Shown piece after piece: positions 49,533 to 59,529 of a stretch of DNA of 64,000 nt; the stretch's first letter is position 1, and each line of letters opens with the position of its first letter. The stretch covers positions 918,936-982,935 of the forward strand of contig CBDCPZ010000025.1 in the NCBI GenBank assembly GCA_965220465.1. Reading direction: 5' to 3'. The position numbers and the translations under genes were made by a program. A model generated the notes under the pieces. It had not been told where the DNA came from. It worked only from the letters and a program-made list of their open reading frames with translations, and searched no databases. Source of the DNA: Saprospiraceae bacterium (GTDB taxonomy: Bacteria > Bacteroidota > Bacteroidia > Chitinophagales > Saprospiraceae).

Positions 49533-50029
49533 ATATATTGCTTATTGAGCATATAGGCTTTTGCCATTTCATGTAAAGTATTGATTTGACCATTAAGGTT
49601 TCCTGATTTTTCTTTGTTGTCGAAAATGATTTTGTAAAAATAATAGGCACTGTCAGGTCTTGATAGATTTGAATAGGTTCCAGCCAATTGTTGATATAGG
49701 TTTTCTGACTGATTATCAAATAATGCATTCTTATCTAAAGCATTAAGTGCTTTCAGGTAATAAGGAAGCGCTTGTTCGTATAATTGCTCCTTTTCATAAA
49801 TATTCGCAATAGCCATACACACCTCCGGAAGATGATATCGATCATCAGCCTCCTCTACCGCATCGTAAACCCGTAACCAGCGCACCAATACTTCGCCGGC
49901 AGAGGCATCAGTGGCTTGTTCATCTAATGCAGCCTGGATCAGTACAGTAACATTATCCTGTTGGGACCAGACTAGGTATGGAAGGCAAAAAAGCATTAGC
50001 GCCGCAGTTAAATTTTTAATATCGATCAT
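49487..50029 (-). pseudogene. N-terminal portion (signal peptide plus TPR) of the IS630-disrupted cyclase gene
   Basis: Has a signal peptide (LTAALMLFCLPYLVWSQQ) and a TPR-like segment. The last 15 codons are IS-derived. The frame is restored into 46640..48277 when the IS plus one TA is removed. Confidence 0.65.
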
Positions 50030-50035
50030 GGTATT

Positions 50036-52387
50036 TCACTCGAGTCGGTAATTTATTCCAAATCTTATAAACCGCTTGGACTGTGGATTGTAAATAAGGC
50101 CATCTGCATCAGGAGTTGCATCTAACCCAGCGTATTCAACATTGAAAAAATTATTGATTCTCATATATGCCAGCAATTGTTTGTTGAATTGATAATTAAC
50201 CGTCATATCGAGTGTATAATATCCGGAATTATACAATTTACCACTTTCCAGCAAATCAGGATCCTGGTAAAAGAGCGCATTCTGCGTCAAACTTCTCGTC
50301 AAAAAAGTGTTTTCAAACAGCAATCGGACTTTTTTTAAAGGCTTAAGTTCAATATCCAACTGTATAATCCATTCTGGCTGAGAACGAAGATCATCCAATT
50401 CGAGCAATACGAATTCAAATTCCTTGAAAGAAAAAGTGCTGAAACCTTCTTTTCCTCTGGCATAATTCAAATTGAACGTACTGCTAAGGCCGATGGCGGG
50501 CAATATATTTTTAAAAGTAATGCTCGATTGAATGCCATATAATTCGGCGTAAGCATTTTTATCATTAAAATACCCACTAATAAATCCAACAAAATCAGTT
50601 GTAGGAACAATGGAGTAGCGGATGAAATTATTTGTACGGGAAAAATAAACAGCCGCATCACCGTGAACTTTCGGCCCCAGTGTCCAGCGGCAGCCAATTT
50701 CAGCACTAAAGGTTTGTTCAGGGCTCAATCTCGCACCGGTGTTGACAACACCAATGTTGTTAATGTTAATCGTATAAGATGTAGCAGAGTAATAAGGTGA
50801 AGGGTAACGGTATGAACTGCCTGTTGATCCGCGGAGACTTAACTTATCCGTCCATCGATATTGCAATGCCAGTCTGGGATTCATGATCAACTGGGCACTT
50901 TCTGAATAATCAGTTATACGGGTAAATAATTGTGTCCCTATTATGACGTTCCATTTACCGATATTCACATAACCTTCCAAAAAAGTACTAAAATCAAAAT
51001 AATATGCTTCGTCGATAACGATACGTTCGATAATCAGACTGTCGCTAAGGTCACTTAAAGGATTGGGGCTAAAATTCCGCAAAGGTGCCCCCCCTCCTCC
51101 TTGCAACTTAACACCTGAGGTGAGTTCAAATTTTTCACTAAAATCATAATTCATTAGAGACTCAATCATAATTTCCCCTGACAGAGCGGAACTATACCGG
51201 TTGCCGGAAAAATACAGTTCATTGACCACTTGCTTCAGCGAATCTAATTGTTGTTCATTTCCCGAAATGTCTTCTGCAATTACTTGATGAATAAAATTGA
51301 AAAAGGGAATTACGTAGGAATATGAACTGTTATCATCAGTCTGGTAGGCAATTACGCTGAAAGAGTTTTTTATATGAAAGCGATCATTTGTTTTGCTATT
51401 ATTGAGTTGGAAACTGGTAATCTTTTCTCCAAAAAAGTTAAGTGGATTAGCGTAGGATACAGCATAGGGGCTCAAACCAATTGAGCTGTGATCACGGCGA
51501 TAATAGTTTTGGACGGATAGCTGCCAATTTCGATAACGCAGATCAATTCCCAGCGCATTGCTTAAATGAGGTAATTGGCCCAATTGAGGAGTCTCTTCGG
51601 TTCCTTTGTAATTGGGACTGTTGAGATAAGAAAAATTTTCGGGATTTAAGACACGTTGATAGGTAAGCGGATTATAAAGCGAATCCATGTCATATTTGAT
51701 TCTCCTGTCGTCGAAAGTTGTATAATTTCCAAACACTTGAAACTTCAACACCTTCTTGTCTTTTCCCATCTTTCCGCTAAACATTATATCTAAATTTTTA
51801 AACCCATCTCCACCAAATCCCAGATCAGATTGTAAATAAATAGGCCGTTCGGATTCTTTCAGAATAATGTTTATAATGCCGGCAGAAGCATCAATTCCAT
51901 AAATAGTAGCCGCAGGGCCATAAATAATTTCGATGCGCTCGGCTTCACGAATGGGAAATTGAGCTCCAATGGGTACACCACTTACCAAAAAGGGCTTTAT
52001 AGGAATATCGTTGATCAAAATTTTCGCGTAGGTATTACCCAGCAAACCTCTCATTAAAAAAGTTTCTCCCTCTAACGCCGAACCCGGTTGTGACACCCGT
52101 ATCCCCGGCAAACGTTTAAGTACATCAGTAAGGGTCAGGTAGCCATTTTTTCGTATCTCTTCACCAGTAATTACAAATATGGTAAATGGAAGGTCAGCAA
52201 CTTCTTTTTCCGAGCGACTTCCTGAGATGACCTTTGTTCCTTGTAGCAAGTCCTCGCTGCTTTTAACATCTTTCCAGTTGAGTTGTGAGAATTCCAATCG
52301 CAAACTATCCTCTTGTTGACCATAAAGTACTGTAAAGGCAAGCATAAAAGTAATCCAAATACAAGTCAAAGGTTTGCGGTGGCCCAT
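50036..52387 (-). CDS. TonB-dependent outer-membrane receptor
   Basis: Has a plug domain (DVLKRLPGIRVSQ...) and a C-terminal beta-barrel. The preferred start is MGHRKPLTCIWITFMLAFTVLYGQQ at 52387. The longest ORF extends to 52456. Confidence 0.75.
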   Translation of the reverse strand: MGHRKPLTCIWITFMLAFTVLYGQQEDSLRLEFSQLNWKDVKSSEDLLQGTKVISGSRSEKEVADLPFTIFVITGEEIRKNGYLTLTDVLKRLPGIRVSQPGSALEGETFLMRGLLGNTYAKILINDIPIKPFLVSGVPIGAQFPIREAERIEIIYGPAATIYGIDASAGIINIILKESERPIYLQSDLGFGGDGFKNLDIMFSGKMGKDKKVLKFQVFGNYTTFDDRRIKYDMDSLYNPLTYQRVLNPENFSYLNSPNYKGTEETPQLGQLPHLSNALGIDLRYRNWQLSVQNYYRRDHSSIGLSPYAVSYANPLNFFGEKITSFQLNNSKTNDRFHIKNSFSVIAYQTDDNSSYSYVIPFFNFIHQVIAEDISGNEQQLDSLKQVVNELYFSGNRYSSALSGEIMIESLMNYDFSEKFELTSGVKLQGGGGAPLRNFSPNPLSDLSDSLIIERIVIDEAYYFDFSTFLEGYVNIGKWNVIIGTQLFTRITDYSESAQLIMNPRLALQYRWTDKLSLRGSTGSSYRYPSPYYSATSYTININNIGVVNTGARLSPEQTFSAEIGCRWTLGPKVHGDAAVYFSRTNNFIRYSIVPTTDFVGFISGYFNDKNAYAELYGIQSSITFKNILPAIGLSSTFNLNYARGKEGFSTFSFKEFEFVLLELDDLRSQPEWIIQLDIELKPLKKVRLLFENTFLTRSLTQNALFYQDPDLLESGKLYNSGYYTLDMTVNYQFNKQLLAYMRINNFFNVEYAGLDATPDADGLIYNPQSKRFIRFGINYRLE

Positions 52388-52654
52388 TAGGTTTATATCA
52401 TTTGATTTGTTGCTAAAATAGAAAGGTTTAATGAATCTAGATAAAAAGATTGCCAAATATATGGCAAATAGAAGAGCAAAACACGGAAACCTGGAGTCTT
52501 AAGCGCAATCGGGTAGATATACCTCAAAGACTTATAAGAAGTTGAATCAGCATAATAATATCGAATACATCATTTAAAGGCTCAATATTATACCAATTTG
52601 ATTTCTGAGATCGTTATTTATACGTTTCCAAATTCAGAACAAGCACTTTTGAAA

Positions 52655-53158
52655 ATGTATAAAAAATTGTTGCTCATTACCTTTTTGATTTTAGGGTTGA
52701 ATCTTTCAGCAGATGTAAATTCCCAAAAATATAAAAATAAGAACAATGCTGAAGCTTTTAAAGCTGAAATGCTAAAACTAGTTAATCAAACTCGCTCAGA
52801 AGGTTGCCAATGCGGCAATCGATACATGCCTCCTGCTCCTCCACTTAAATGGAACAATAAGCTTGAAAATGCGGCAATATTTCACGCAAAAGATATGAAT
52901 TCCAACAAATTTATTGGACATCGCGGCTCAAATGGAAGCAAAATCGGAGATCGTATTAAAGCAAATGATTATTTCTGGAAAGCTGTTGGAGAAAATGTAA
53001 GCTGGGGACCCAGAACCGTTGAAGGAGCAATACAAGGATGGAAGGACAGTCCAAGCCATTGCATCACTTTGATGAGTCCCAGCTATAAAGAAATGGGCGC
53101 AGCAAATGAGGGCAAATTTTGGGTTCAAAATTTTGGCCGTAAAATGGAAGGTAACTAG
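52655..53158 (+). CDS. CAP/SCP/PR-1-domain secreted protein
   Basis: Has the CAP motifs (HAKDM...GHRG; GENV...W; HC). The signal peptide begins at MYKKLLLITFLILG. The longest ORF starts at 52598. Confidence 0.65.
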   Translation: MYKKLLLITFLILGLNLSADVNSQKYKNKNNAEAFKAEMLKLVNQTRSEGCQCGNRYMPPAPPLKWNNKLENAAIFHAKDMNSNKFIGHRGSNGSKIGDRIKANDYFWKAVGENVSWGPRTVEGAIQGWKDSPSHCITLMSPSYKEMGAANEGKFWVQNFGRKMEGN

Positions 53159-53194
53159 AGGGTAATATAAACAAGTTTCTTTGCCCTTAATTCA

Positions 53195-53260
53195 TACATC
53201 CGCACATCCAACAATCCGAACATTTACACATCCAACAATCCACACATCCTTACATCCTCT
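53195..53260. repeat. C/A-rich ACATCC repeat array, including a 14-bp direct repeat ACATCCAACAATCC x2
   Basis: Five ACATCC units were seen. The 14-mers lie at 53204-53217 and 53228-53241, in the intergenic region between the CAP and MFS genes. Confidence 0.5.
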
Positions 53261-53316
53261 TCAAACTTCAAAATCAAAAACTTGGGCTTAATTCAATTTT
53301 CTGATAGCTTTACAGC

Positions 53317-54579
53317 ATGGCAGAGCTCAAACCTTTTTATCAAAAAAACCTCCAATACTGGAAATTTTCTGCTTATGGCTTTTTAAAAAACCTAAGGTTT
53401 TTCGATGCTTTTATCATCCTTTTTTTAATCCAAATCGAAGTAAGCTTTACTCAAATTGGGATATTGTACGCCATTCGTGAAATTATTTCATTTGTCATGG
53501 AAGTACCTTCAGGAATAATAGCTGACCAATTTGGAAGAAAGGAAGCTTTGCTGGGTTCTTTTATACTTTACATTCTGTCTTTTATCATTTTATTTGCCAG
53601 CCCAAATTATTATTTGTTGATGCTTGCTTTCATTTTATATGGAGCTGCTGATGCTTTCAGGAGTGGCACACACAAGGCGATGATCATGGAATACCTGACT
53701 ATTCATGGTTGGTATAATTTCAAGATAGATTATTATGGCCATACGAGAGCCTGGTCACAAAGAGGCTCAGCTATTTCTTCTATAGTTGCAGGTTTTTTGG
53801 TTTTTCTGGAAGGGACCTATCAAAACATTTTCCTTTATTCCATTATTCCATACCTTTTGAATTTCTTTTTAGTTTTGAGTTATCCAAAAGAACTAAATCG
53901 CAATCACAGCCGAAGAAATTTATCAACGCAAGAGAGTATTCCTGAATTTTTACGCAAACTGTGGAGAGTAACCCGACACATCCGAGTAGCTTCCATCATT
54001 TCCACTTCAGCTTTGCACACCGCTTATTTAAAAGGAGTAAAAGATTTTATTCAGCCGATGATGGCAGCTCTGGCAATTGCCCTTCCTTTTTTGGATTTTA
54101 TACAAAATCCGGAAAAAAAGACGGGCCTGGTCGTTGGAATTCTCTATTTTTTCATTTATATGCTAACCGCTTATGCTTCTTCTCAAGCTGGAAAATTATC
54201 CGCCAAAATAAAACGAAAAGCGGCAATCTCTTCCGCAACTTTATTCTTAGGACTTGCTTTTGGAACTTTGGCCGGATGGCTTTATGATACGCATTATTTG
54301 AGTTTCGCGATTGGAGCATTTCTTTTGGTTTTTGTGTTGGAAAATCTGCGTAAACCCATTCTGACCGGCTATGTGGTTGATGAAGTTCCGGAGGAAATAT
54401 TAACCAGTGTTTTATCTGTCCAGAATTTTCTTAAAACCATTTTTGCAGCGATGATAGCCTTTTTATTGGGCTGGTTTGCTGACCTTTTCGGGATTGGTTT
54501 GGGCCTTGTTATTTTATCTTCAGGATTGTTAATTATTGTAATTCTGCTAGAAAGTGTTGCTTATTTTAAAGCGAAGTAA
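53317..54579 (+). CDS. MFS transporter
   Basis: A 420-aa ORF with 12 predicted TM helices and a loop motif (ADQFGRKEALL). Confidence 0.7.
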   Translation: MAELKPFYQKNLQYWKFSAYGFLKNLRFFDAFIILFLIQIEVSFTQIGILYAIREIISFVMEVPSGIIADQFGRKEALLGSFILYILSFIILFASPNYYLLMLAFILYGAADAFRSGTHKAMIMEYLTIHGWYNFKIDYYGHTRAWSQRGSAISSIVAGFLVFLEGTYQNIFLYSIIPYLLNFFLVLSYPKELNRNHSRRNLSTQESIPEFLRKLWRVTRHIRVASIISTSALHTAYLKGVKDFIQPMMAALAIALPFLDFIQNPEKKTGLVVGILYFFIYMLTAYASSQAGKLSAKIKRKAAISSATLFLGLAFGTLAGWLYDTHYLSFAIGAFLLVFVLENLRKPILTGYVVDEVPEEILTSVLSVQNFLKTIFAAMIAFLLGWFADLFGIGLGLVILSSGLLIIVILLESVAYFKAK

Positions 54580-54713
54580 TTATTAGAGTTGTTCAAAAAT
54601 AAAGTTTTGACGCTGAAGGACACTGAGTTTTATGATTTATTATGATTAAATCACGCTGACAATCAATCCTTTAAAAAATACCTTAATTTGCTATTTTTTA
54701 AATTTGAACAAGT

Positions 54714-55403
54714 CTATTCCATCAGTTCATTTAACGTTTGATTGATATTTTGCTGAACCATCTCGCGGAGTTCTGATTCCAGCAAAGGAAATTCATCACG
54801 GCTGTACGTTTTTGCGATTACTCCGTCTTTTAAAAAACTAATCTTATCACAAATACTCGTCAACGAGGAAAGAATGTGCGAGGAAAGAAGGATCACTTTC
54901 CCTCGTGTTTTCAATCGCTGCAAAATCTGGAAAATCTTTTCATTGCTTTCCACATCCACTCCATTGAACGGTTCGTCAAGTATTAAAATCGGACGATCCA
55001 GCGCCATAACTCCCAAAAACGTCAATTTTTTCTTCATCCCTGTTGAATACGTATCGATCAGATCATTCAGTGGAAGATTAAAGATTTGGTTCCATTTTTC
55101 GATATCAAATTTAACTTCAGCATTTGAAAGGAGATCAAGGTATTCCTGCCCTTTCATATAAGAATAGAAATAATTTTCAGTTTCCAAGAAGCCAATAGTT
55201 CTGCTTCTTACGCTACTATTTTCGAAAATACAATCTCCGTCATCTTTCTTTTTAAAGCCATAAATCGTTCGAAAAAGTGTTGTTTTCCCGGCGCCATTCA
55301 TCCCTAAAATTCCGTGCAATTCTCCTTTGAGACATTCCAGATTTAGATGGTCAAGGACCCGGTGATCGCCAAAGGAAACAGAAAGATCATTTATTTTCAG
55401 CAT
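54714..55403 (-). CDS. ABC transporter ATP-binding protein
   Basis: Has Walker A (GMNGAGKTT), the ABC signature (YSTGMKKKL) and Walker B (ILILDEP). Confidence 0.85.
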   Translation of the reverse strand: MLKINDLSVSFGDHRVLDHLNLECLKGELHGILGMNGAGKTTLFRTIYGFKKKDDGDCIFENSSVRSRTIGFLETENYFYSYMKGQEYLDLLSNAEVKFDIEKWNQIFNLPLNDLIDTYSTGMKKKLTFLGVMALDRPILILDEPFNGVDVESNEKIFQILQRLKTRGKVILLSSHILSSLTSICDKISFLKDGVIAKTYSRDEFPLLESELREMVQQNINQTLNELME

Positions 55404-56343
55404 AATAAAATCTGATATTTTTTCTGGCCTTGATCCAATAAATTAAAAGGTAAATCAAAGTCACCGGATAAAAAAACGGAATAAAAATCGAAAGGATAAA
55501 AAATGAATTCGCCGTTGAATTGTACACTCTTCTTCGATAGGGCGTAAATTGAGCGTATCTGTAAAATATATTGAAAAGGATCACCGTCGTTCCCAAAAAC
55601 AAAGCCGCTAAAAGCAAATACCAATATTGAAAATGTAGCACCAAAAACAGCAAAACATGAGGAACCATCAGCAAATAATACAAACTCAGATAGATTCGAA
55701 TCTTGCTTGTTAAAATTCCTTGTTTGAAATGAAAAACTTCGAAAAGTTCCTTGCTTTCTACTTCGTCAAAAAACGAAATAAACGTAAACGAAATCAGCAG
55801 AGCCGCCAAAAGCCCCGGAGCGATAAACATCGCAGTTCCAAGCAATAAAACATAGACAAAAACCGAAGGAATAATAAACTGCCGGAAATAACTGCGCGCT
55901 TCAAAAGCTCGCGAAGAGATCAATTTCAAATCCAACCTGTTCGAAAAACTACCTTTCGAGCCGGAAAATGGTTTGGTAAAACTGAGCAAAACCAAGCCAA
56001 CGTTTTGAATGATCGCTGCTCCGTAATTTCCGGAAAACAGAAAAATTATCGTCAAAGGAAGAAAGAAAACCAGGTACTCTGCTGCAAACAATTTTGCAGT
56101 AGAAATATCCAGCTTTGATAAAAATCCTCCGTCTTTTCGGTTTAAATGAATAAAAGAAGCCAACACTAATCCCAAAAGCCCAACCGCCGGAGCATCGCTG
56201 TTAAAAACCTGTTCGACAATTCCCATTACCAAGCCAAACACCAATAAAAGTGCGACTAAAAGATAGACGACTCCTATCTCCCTAAGCATTCGGTACAATT
56301 GCCGAAAACGAAATATTAGCAGTTTTGAAATCATAAAGCACAC
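55387..56343 (-). CDS. Polytopic membrane protein, putative permease partner of the ABC ATPase
   Basis: A 318-aa ORF with many TM helices. It overlaps the ATPase gene by 17 nt. Confidence 0.45.
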   Translation of the reverse strand: MCFMISKLLIFRFRQLYRMLREIGVVYLLVALLLVFGLVMGIVEQVFNSDAPAVGLLGLVLASFIHLNRKDGGFLSKLDISTAKLFAAEYLVFFLPLTIIFLFSGNYGAAIIQNVGLVLLSFTKPFSGSKGSFSNRLDLKLISSRAFEARSYFRQFIIPSVFVYVLLLGTAMFIAPGLLAALLISFTFISFFDEVESKELFEVFHFKQGILTSKIRIYLSLYYLLMVPHVLLFLVLHFQYWYLLLAALFLGTTVILFNIFYRYAQFTPYRRRVYNSTANSFFILSIFIPFFYPVTLIYLLIYWIKARKNIRFYYAENK

Positions 56344-56549
56344 AAAATAAAACGAAAGGGCAGCTTTAAAAACAATTCATGCTGAAATCCCTGAAAACGA
56401 AGACCAACAAAAGGAATTAGCCGGTTTTTGTACGGCATTGTTTAACAATAGTTTAACTTCGCATTTCTTTTTAAGTGATCCTTAACCCTTTAATTTTGTT
56501 TTTAACAAATAAACAAATCGTCGATCACGTTTTAGTAAAAAAATAACGA

Positions 56550-57242
56550 ATGAAAAATATTCTAACATTAGCGGCCATCTTCAGTTTCCTTTGTACAGGG
56601 ATGGCACAGGAAATTCCCAAAGAAGCACTTTACGAGGATCGATCTGACCCGGAAGCAAAGGTTATTTTGGAAAAAGTGAGCAAAAAGTACGAAAACTTCA
56701 AATCCCTTGAAATTGATTTTGACATGACCATCGAAATTCCTGAGGAAGATGAGGTTGTTCAAAAAGGAAAAATGATTCAGTCCGGTGATAAATACTATTT
56801 GGATATTCCTCAAATGGCGATTTATTGCGATGGAAAAATCATTTGGACACACCTGAAAAAACAAAAACAAGTTCAGATCAATAATTATGAAAAAGATGAG
56901 GAAAGTGAAGATATTTTGTCTCCAAAAGATGTTTTAAAGATTTATAAAGGCGACAACTATTTTTATGTTTTGATGAACGAAGCTTATGAAAATGGAGTCA
57001 TGATCCAGCAGATTGAGTTTAAACCAAAAGACCGCGATTCCGAATATTCCAAAATGCGCGTCACTATTGACAAAAACACTTCAGAAATTATGCGCCTGAA
57101 AGTCTTTGTGCGTGACGGTTCCCGTTATACTTTTTCAATTAAAAATACGAACCCCGATAAAAATATAAGTGCTGACACCTTTGTTTTTGTTCGTTCAAAA
57201 GCACCGGATGTCACTGACATTGAAGATCTTAGAACAGACTAA
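56550..57242 (+). CDS. LolA-like outer-membrane lipoprotein carrier family protein
   Basis: Has a signal peptide and LolA-like beta-barrel sequence features. Confidence 0.55.
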   Translation: MKNILTLAAIFSFLCTGMAQEIPKEALYEDRSDPEAKVILEKVSKKYENFKSLEIDFDMTIEIPEEDEVVQKGKMIQSGDKYYLDIPQMAIYCDGKIIWTHLKKQKQVQINNYEKDEESEDILSPKDVLKIYKGDNYFYVLMNEAYENGVMIQQIEFKPKDRDSEYSKMRVTIDKNTSEIMRLKVFVRDGSRYTFSIKNTNPDKNISADTFVFVRSKAPDVTDIEDLRTD

Positions 57243-57372
57243 ACTATCATTTTAATTAAAAAGAGCGATTTGTGGTATAAACTGCAAATCGCTTTTCTTT
57301 TTCAGATTCATTCAAAAAATTGGTGGAGCTTTCTAATTTTGTTAAAATTTAGGTTCAAAAATCCAATCTTTC

Positions 57373-58878
57373 ATGGGATTCAAATCGAAACTATTAAAAC
57401 CTATTGCTAATAAGATCGCCAAAAAAATAGATCGCTGGTCAGCTGATGCTGTCGGAGCGCAGCAAAAGGTTTTTGATGAACTCATCAAAGTTGGAAAAAA
57501 GACTGCTTTTGGAAAGGATCACAATTTTAAAAACATCAAATCTCATGAAGCTTTTAGTGCTCAGGTTCCAATTAGAGATTACGAAGATTTAAAACCTTAT
57601 ATCGAACGAATTAAAAATGGAGAATCAGACGTGCTTTGGCGTGGACGGCCCAAATATTTTGCAAAAACATCCGGAACAACTTCTGGCGTAAAATATATTC
57701 CATTAACCAAAGACAGTATTCCCAACCATTTTGGAACGGCCAGAAATGCCCTTTTTAATTATTATGCACGGAGTGGAAATGCTGAGTTTTTGGATGGCAA
57801 AATGATCTTTCTTTCCGGCAGTCCGGAACTCACCAACGTTGGCGGAATCAAAACTGGTCGCCTTTCCGGCATCGTCAATCATCAGGTTCCAAAATGGCTG
57901 CGAACCAATCAGCTGCCCAGCTACAAAACCAATTGCATCGAAGAGTGGGAGGAAAAACTAGAAAATATTGTCACTGAAACGATAAACGAAGACATGCGCC
58001 TCATCAGCGGAATACCGCCTTGGGTGCAAATGTATTACGAGCACCTTTTAGCACGAAGCGGCAAAAAGTATATCAAAGATCTTTTCCCGAATTACACGGT
58101 TTTTGTTTATGGCGGTGTCAATTTTGAACCCTACCGCGCTGCGCTTGAAGAGCTGATCGGAAAGCGTTTGGATAGCGTCGAAACCTATCCCGCCTCAGAA
58201 GGTTTTATCGCTTTTCAGGATAGTCAAACCGAAAAAGGGCTTTTGCTCAATGCGCTCAGCGGTATCTTTTTCGAATTTATTCCGGCTGATGAAATATTGA
58301 AAGAAAATCCAACTCGTTTATCTTTGAAGGATATCGAATTGGGTGTCAATTATGCAATTATTATAAATAACAATGCAGGGCTTTGGGGTTACAATCTTGG
58401 CGATACGGTTGAATTCGTTTCGAAAAATCCATATCGCCTAATCGTTACCGGGCGGATCAAACATTTTATTTCTGCATTCGGCGAGCATGTGATTGGAAAA
58501 GAAGTGGAAAATGCGGTGCTTTCGGTAGCGAATGATGAAGCGGTGAATATCGTAGAATTTACAGTCGCTCCGCAGGTTAAGCCACCTGAAGGAGGACTCC
58601 CCTATCACGAGTGGTTTATTGAATTTGAAAAGATTCCGGAAAATTTAAATTCCTTTGCCGCGAAAGTGGACAAAATGATGGAAAAGCAGAATATTTATTA
58701 CGAAGACCTGATCAGCGGCAACATCCTCCAGCCTCTAAAAATTACACCTCTGCAACGGGATGCTTTTCGCAATTATATGAAATCGCAAGGCAAATTGGGT
58801 GGTCAAAACAAAGTTCCACGGCTTTCTAACGATCGCAAAATTGTGACCCAATTGTTGGATTATGCATTGCCCAAATAA
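57373..58878 (+). CDS. GH3 auxin-responsive-promoter-family (acyl-adenylate-forming) protein
   Basis: A 501-aa ORF whose N-terminus (LLKPIANKIAKKIDRWSADAVGAQQKVFDELI) and overall length are typical of Bacteroidota GH3 homologues. Confidence 0.75.
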   Translation: MGFKSKLLKPIANKIAKKIDRWSADAVGAQQKVFDELIKVGKKTAFGKDHNFKNIKSHEAFSAQVPIRDYEDLKPYIERIKNGESDVLWRGRPKYFAKTSGTTSGVKYIPLTKDSIPNHFGTARNALFNYYARSGNAEFLDGKMIFLSGSPELTNVGGIKTGRLSGIVNHQVPKWLRTNQLPSYKTNCIEEWEEKLENIVTETINEDMRLISGIPPWVQMYYEHLLARSGKKYIKDLFPNYTVFVYGGVNFEPYRAALEELIGKRLDSVETYPASEGFIAFQDSQTEKGLLLNALSGIFFEFIPADEILKENPTRLSLKDIELGVNYAIIINNNAGLWGYNLGDTVEFVSKNPYRLIVTGRIKHFISAFGEHVIGKEVENAVLSVANDEAVNIVEFTVAPQVKPPEGGLPYHEWFIEFEKIPENLNSFAAKVDKMMEKQNIYYEDLISGNILQPLKITPLQRDAFRNYMKSQGKLGGQNKVPRLSNDRKIVTQLLDYALPK

Positions 58879-58893
58879 CACTACATTTGTATT

Positions 58894-59496
58894 GTGCAAA
58901 ACAACTTTGACATTTACGGATTGATCTTAACCGGTGGTTTCAGCAAACGCATGGGAAAAGAAAAAGCTTTGCTGGATTATCATGGAAAACCACAGTTTAC
59001 TTACCTTTTTGACCTCCTTAGCCAATTTTGTGAAAAAGTGTTTTTGTCGTGTCGGGCAGCGCAATCGCTTCAATTTGGAGATCAATACCCAAAGATTTTA
59101 GATATCCATGACGGCATTGGCCCGATGAATGGCTTGCTTTCTTTTTTTGAAAAATATCCTTCGCAAGCATGTTTGATTGTTGCCTGCGATATGCCTTTTA
59201 TTGATGAAAGAGCGATCCGTTTTTTAATAAAAAATCGTCAGTCGGATCAGTTTGCAACCGCTTTTAAAAGTAAAAAAGAATTCCCCGAACCATTGCTAAC
59301 TATTTGGGAACCAAAATCTTACAAAGAATTAAACACTGCCTTTCAAAAAGGGAATTTTTCGCTGCGGGATATTCTACAAATAAACAATTGTCATATTTTG
59401 CAAACCGCTAACGATAAGACGCTATTAAATATCAATAATCCGGAAGAGTTGGAAACTGTCCTCGAAGTGTTGAAATTACCGCCCGAAAAACCGTAA
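58894..59496 (+). CDS. mobA: Molybdenum cofactor guanylyltransferase
   Basis: Has the GLILTGGFSKRMG nucleotide-binding loop. Confidence 0.75.
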   Translation: MQNNFDIYGLILTGGFSKRMGKEKALLDYHGKPQFTYLFDLLSQFCEKVFLSCRAAQSLQFGDQYPKILDIHDGIGPMNGLLSFFEKYPSQACLIVACDMPFIDERAIRFLIKNRQSDQFATAFKSKKEFPEPLLTIWEPKSYKELNTAFQKGNFSLRDILQINNCHILQTANDKTLLNINNPEELETVLEVLKLPPEKP

Positions 59497-59529
59497 TTTC
59501 GAATTAATCATCGGTTTTAATTATTTTTT

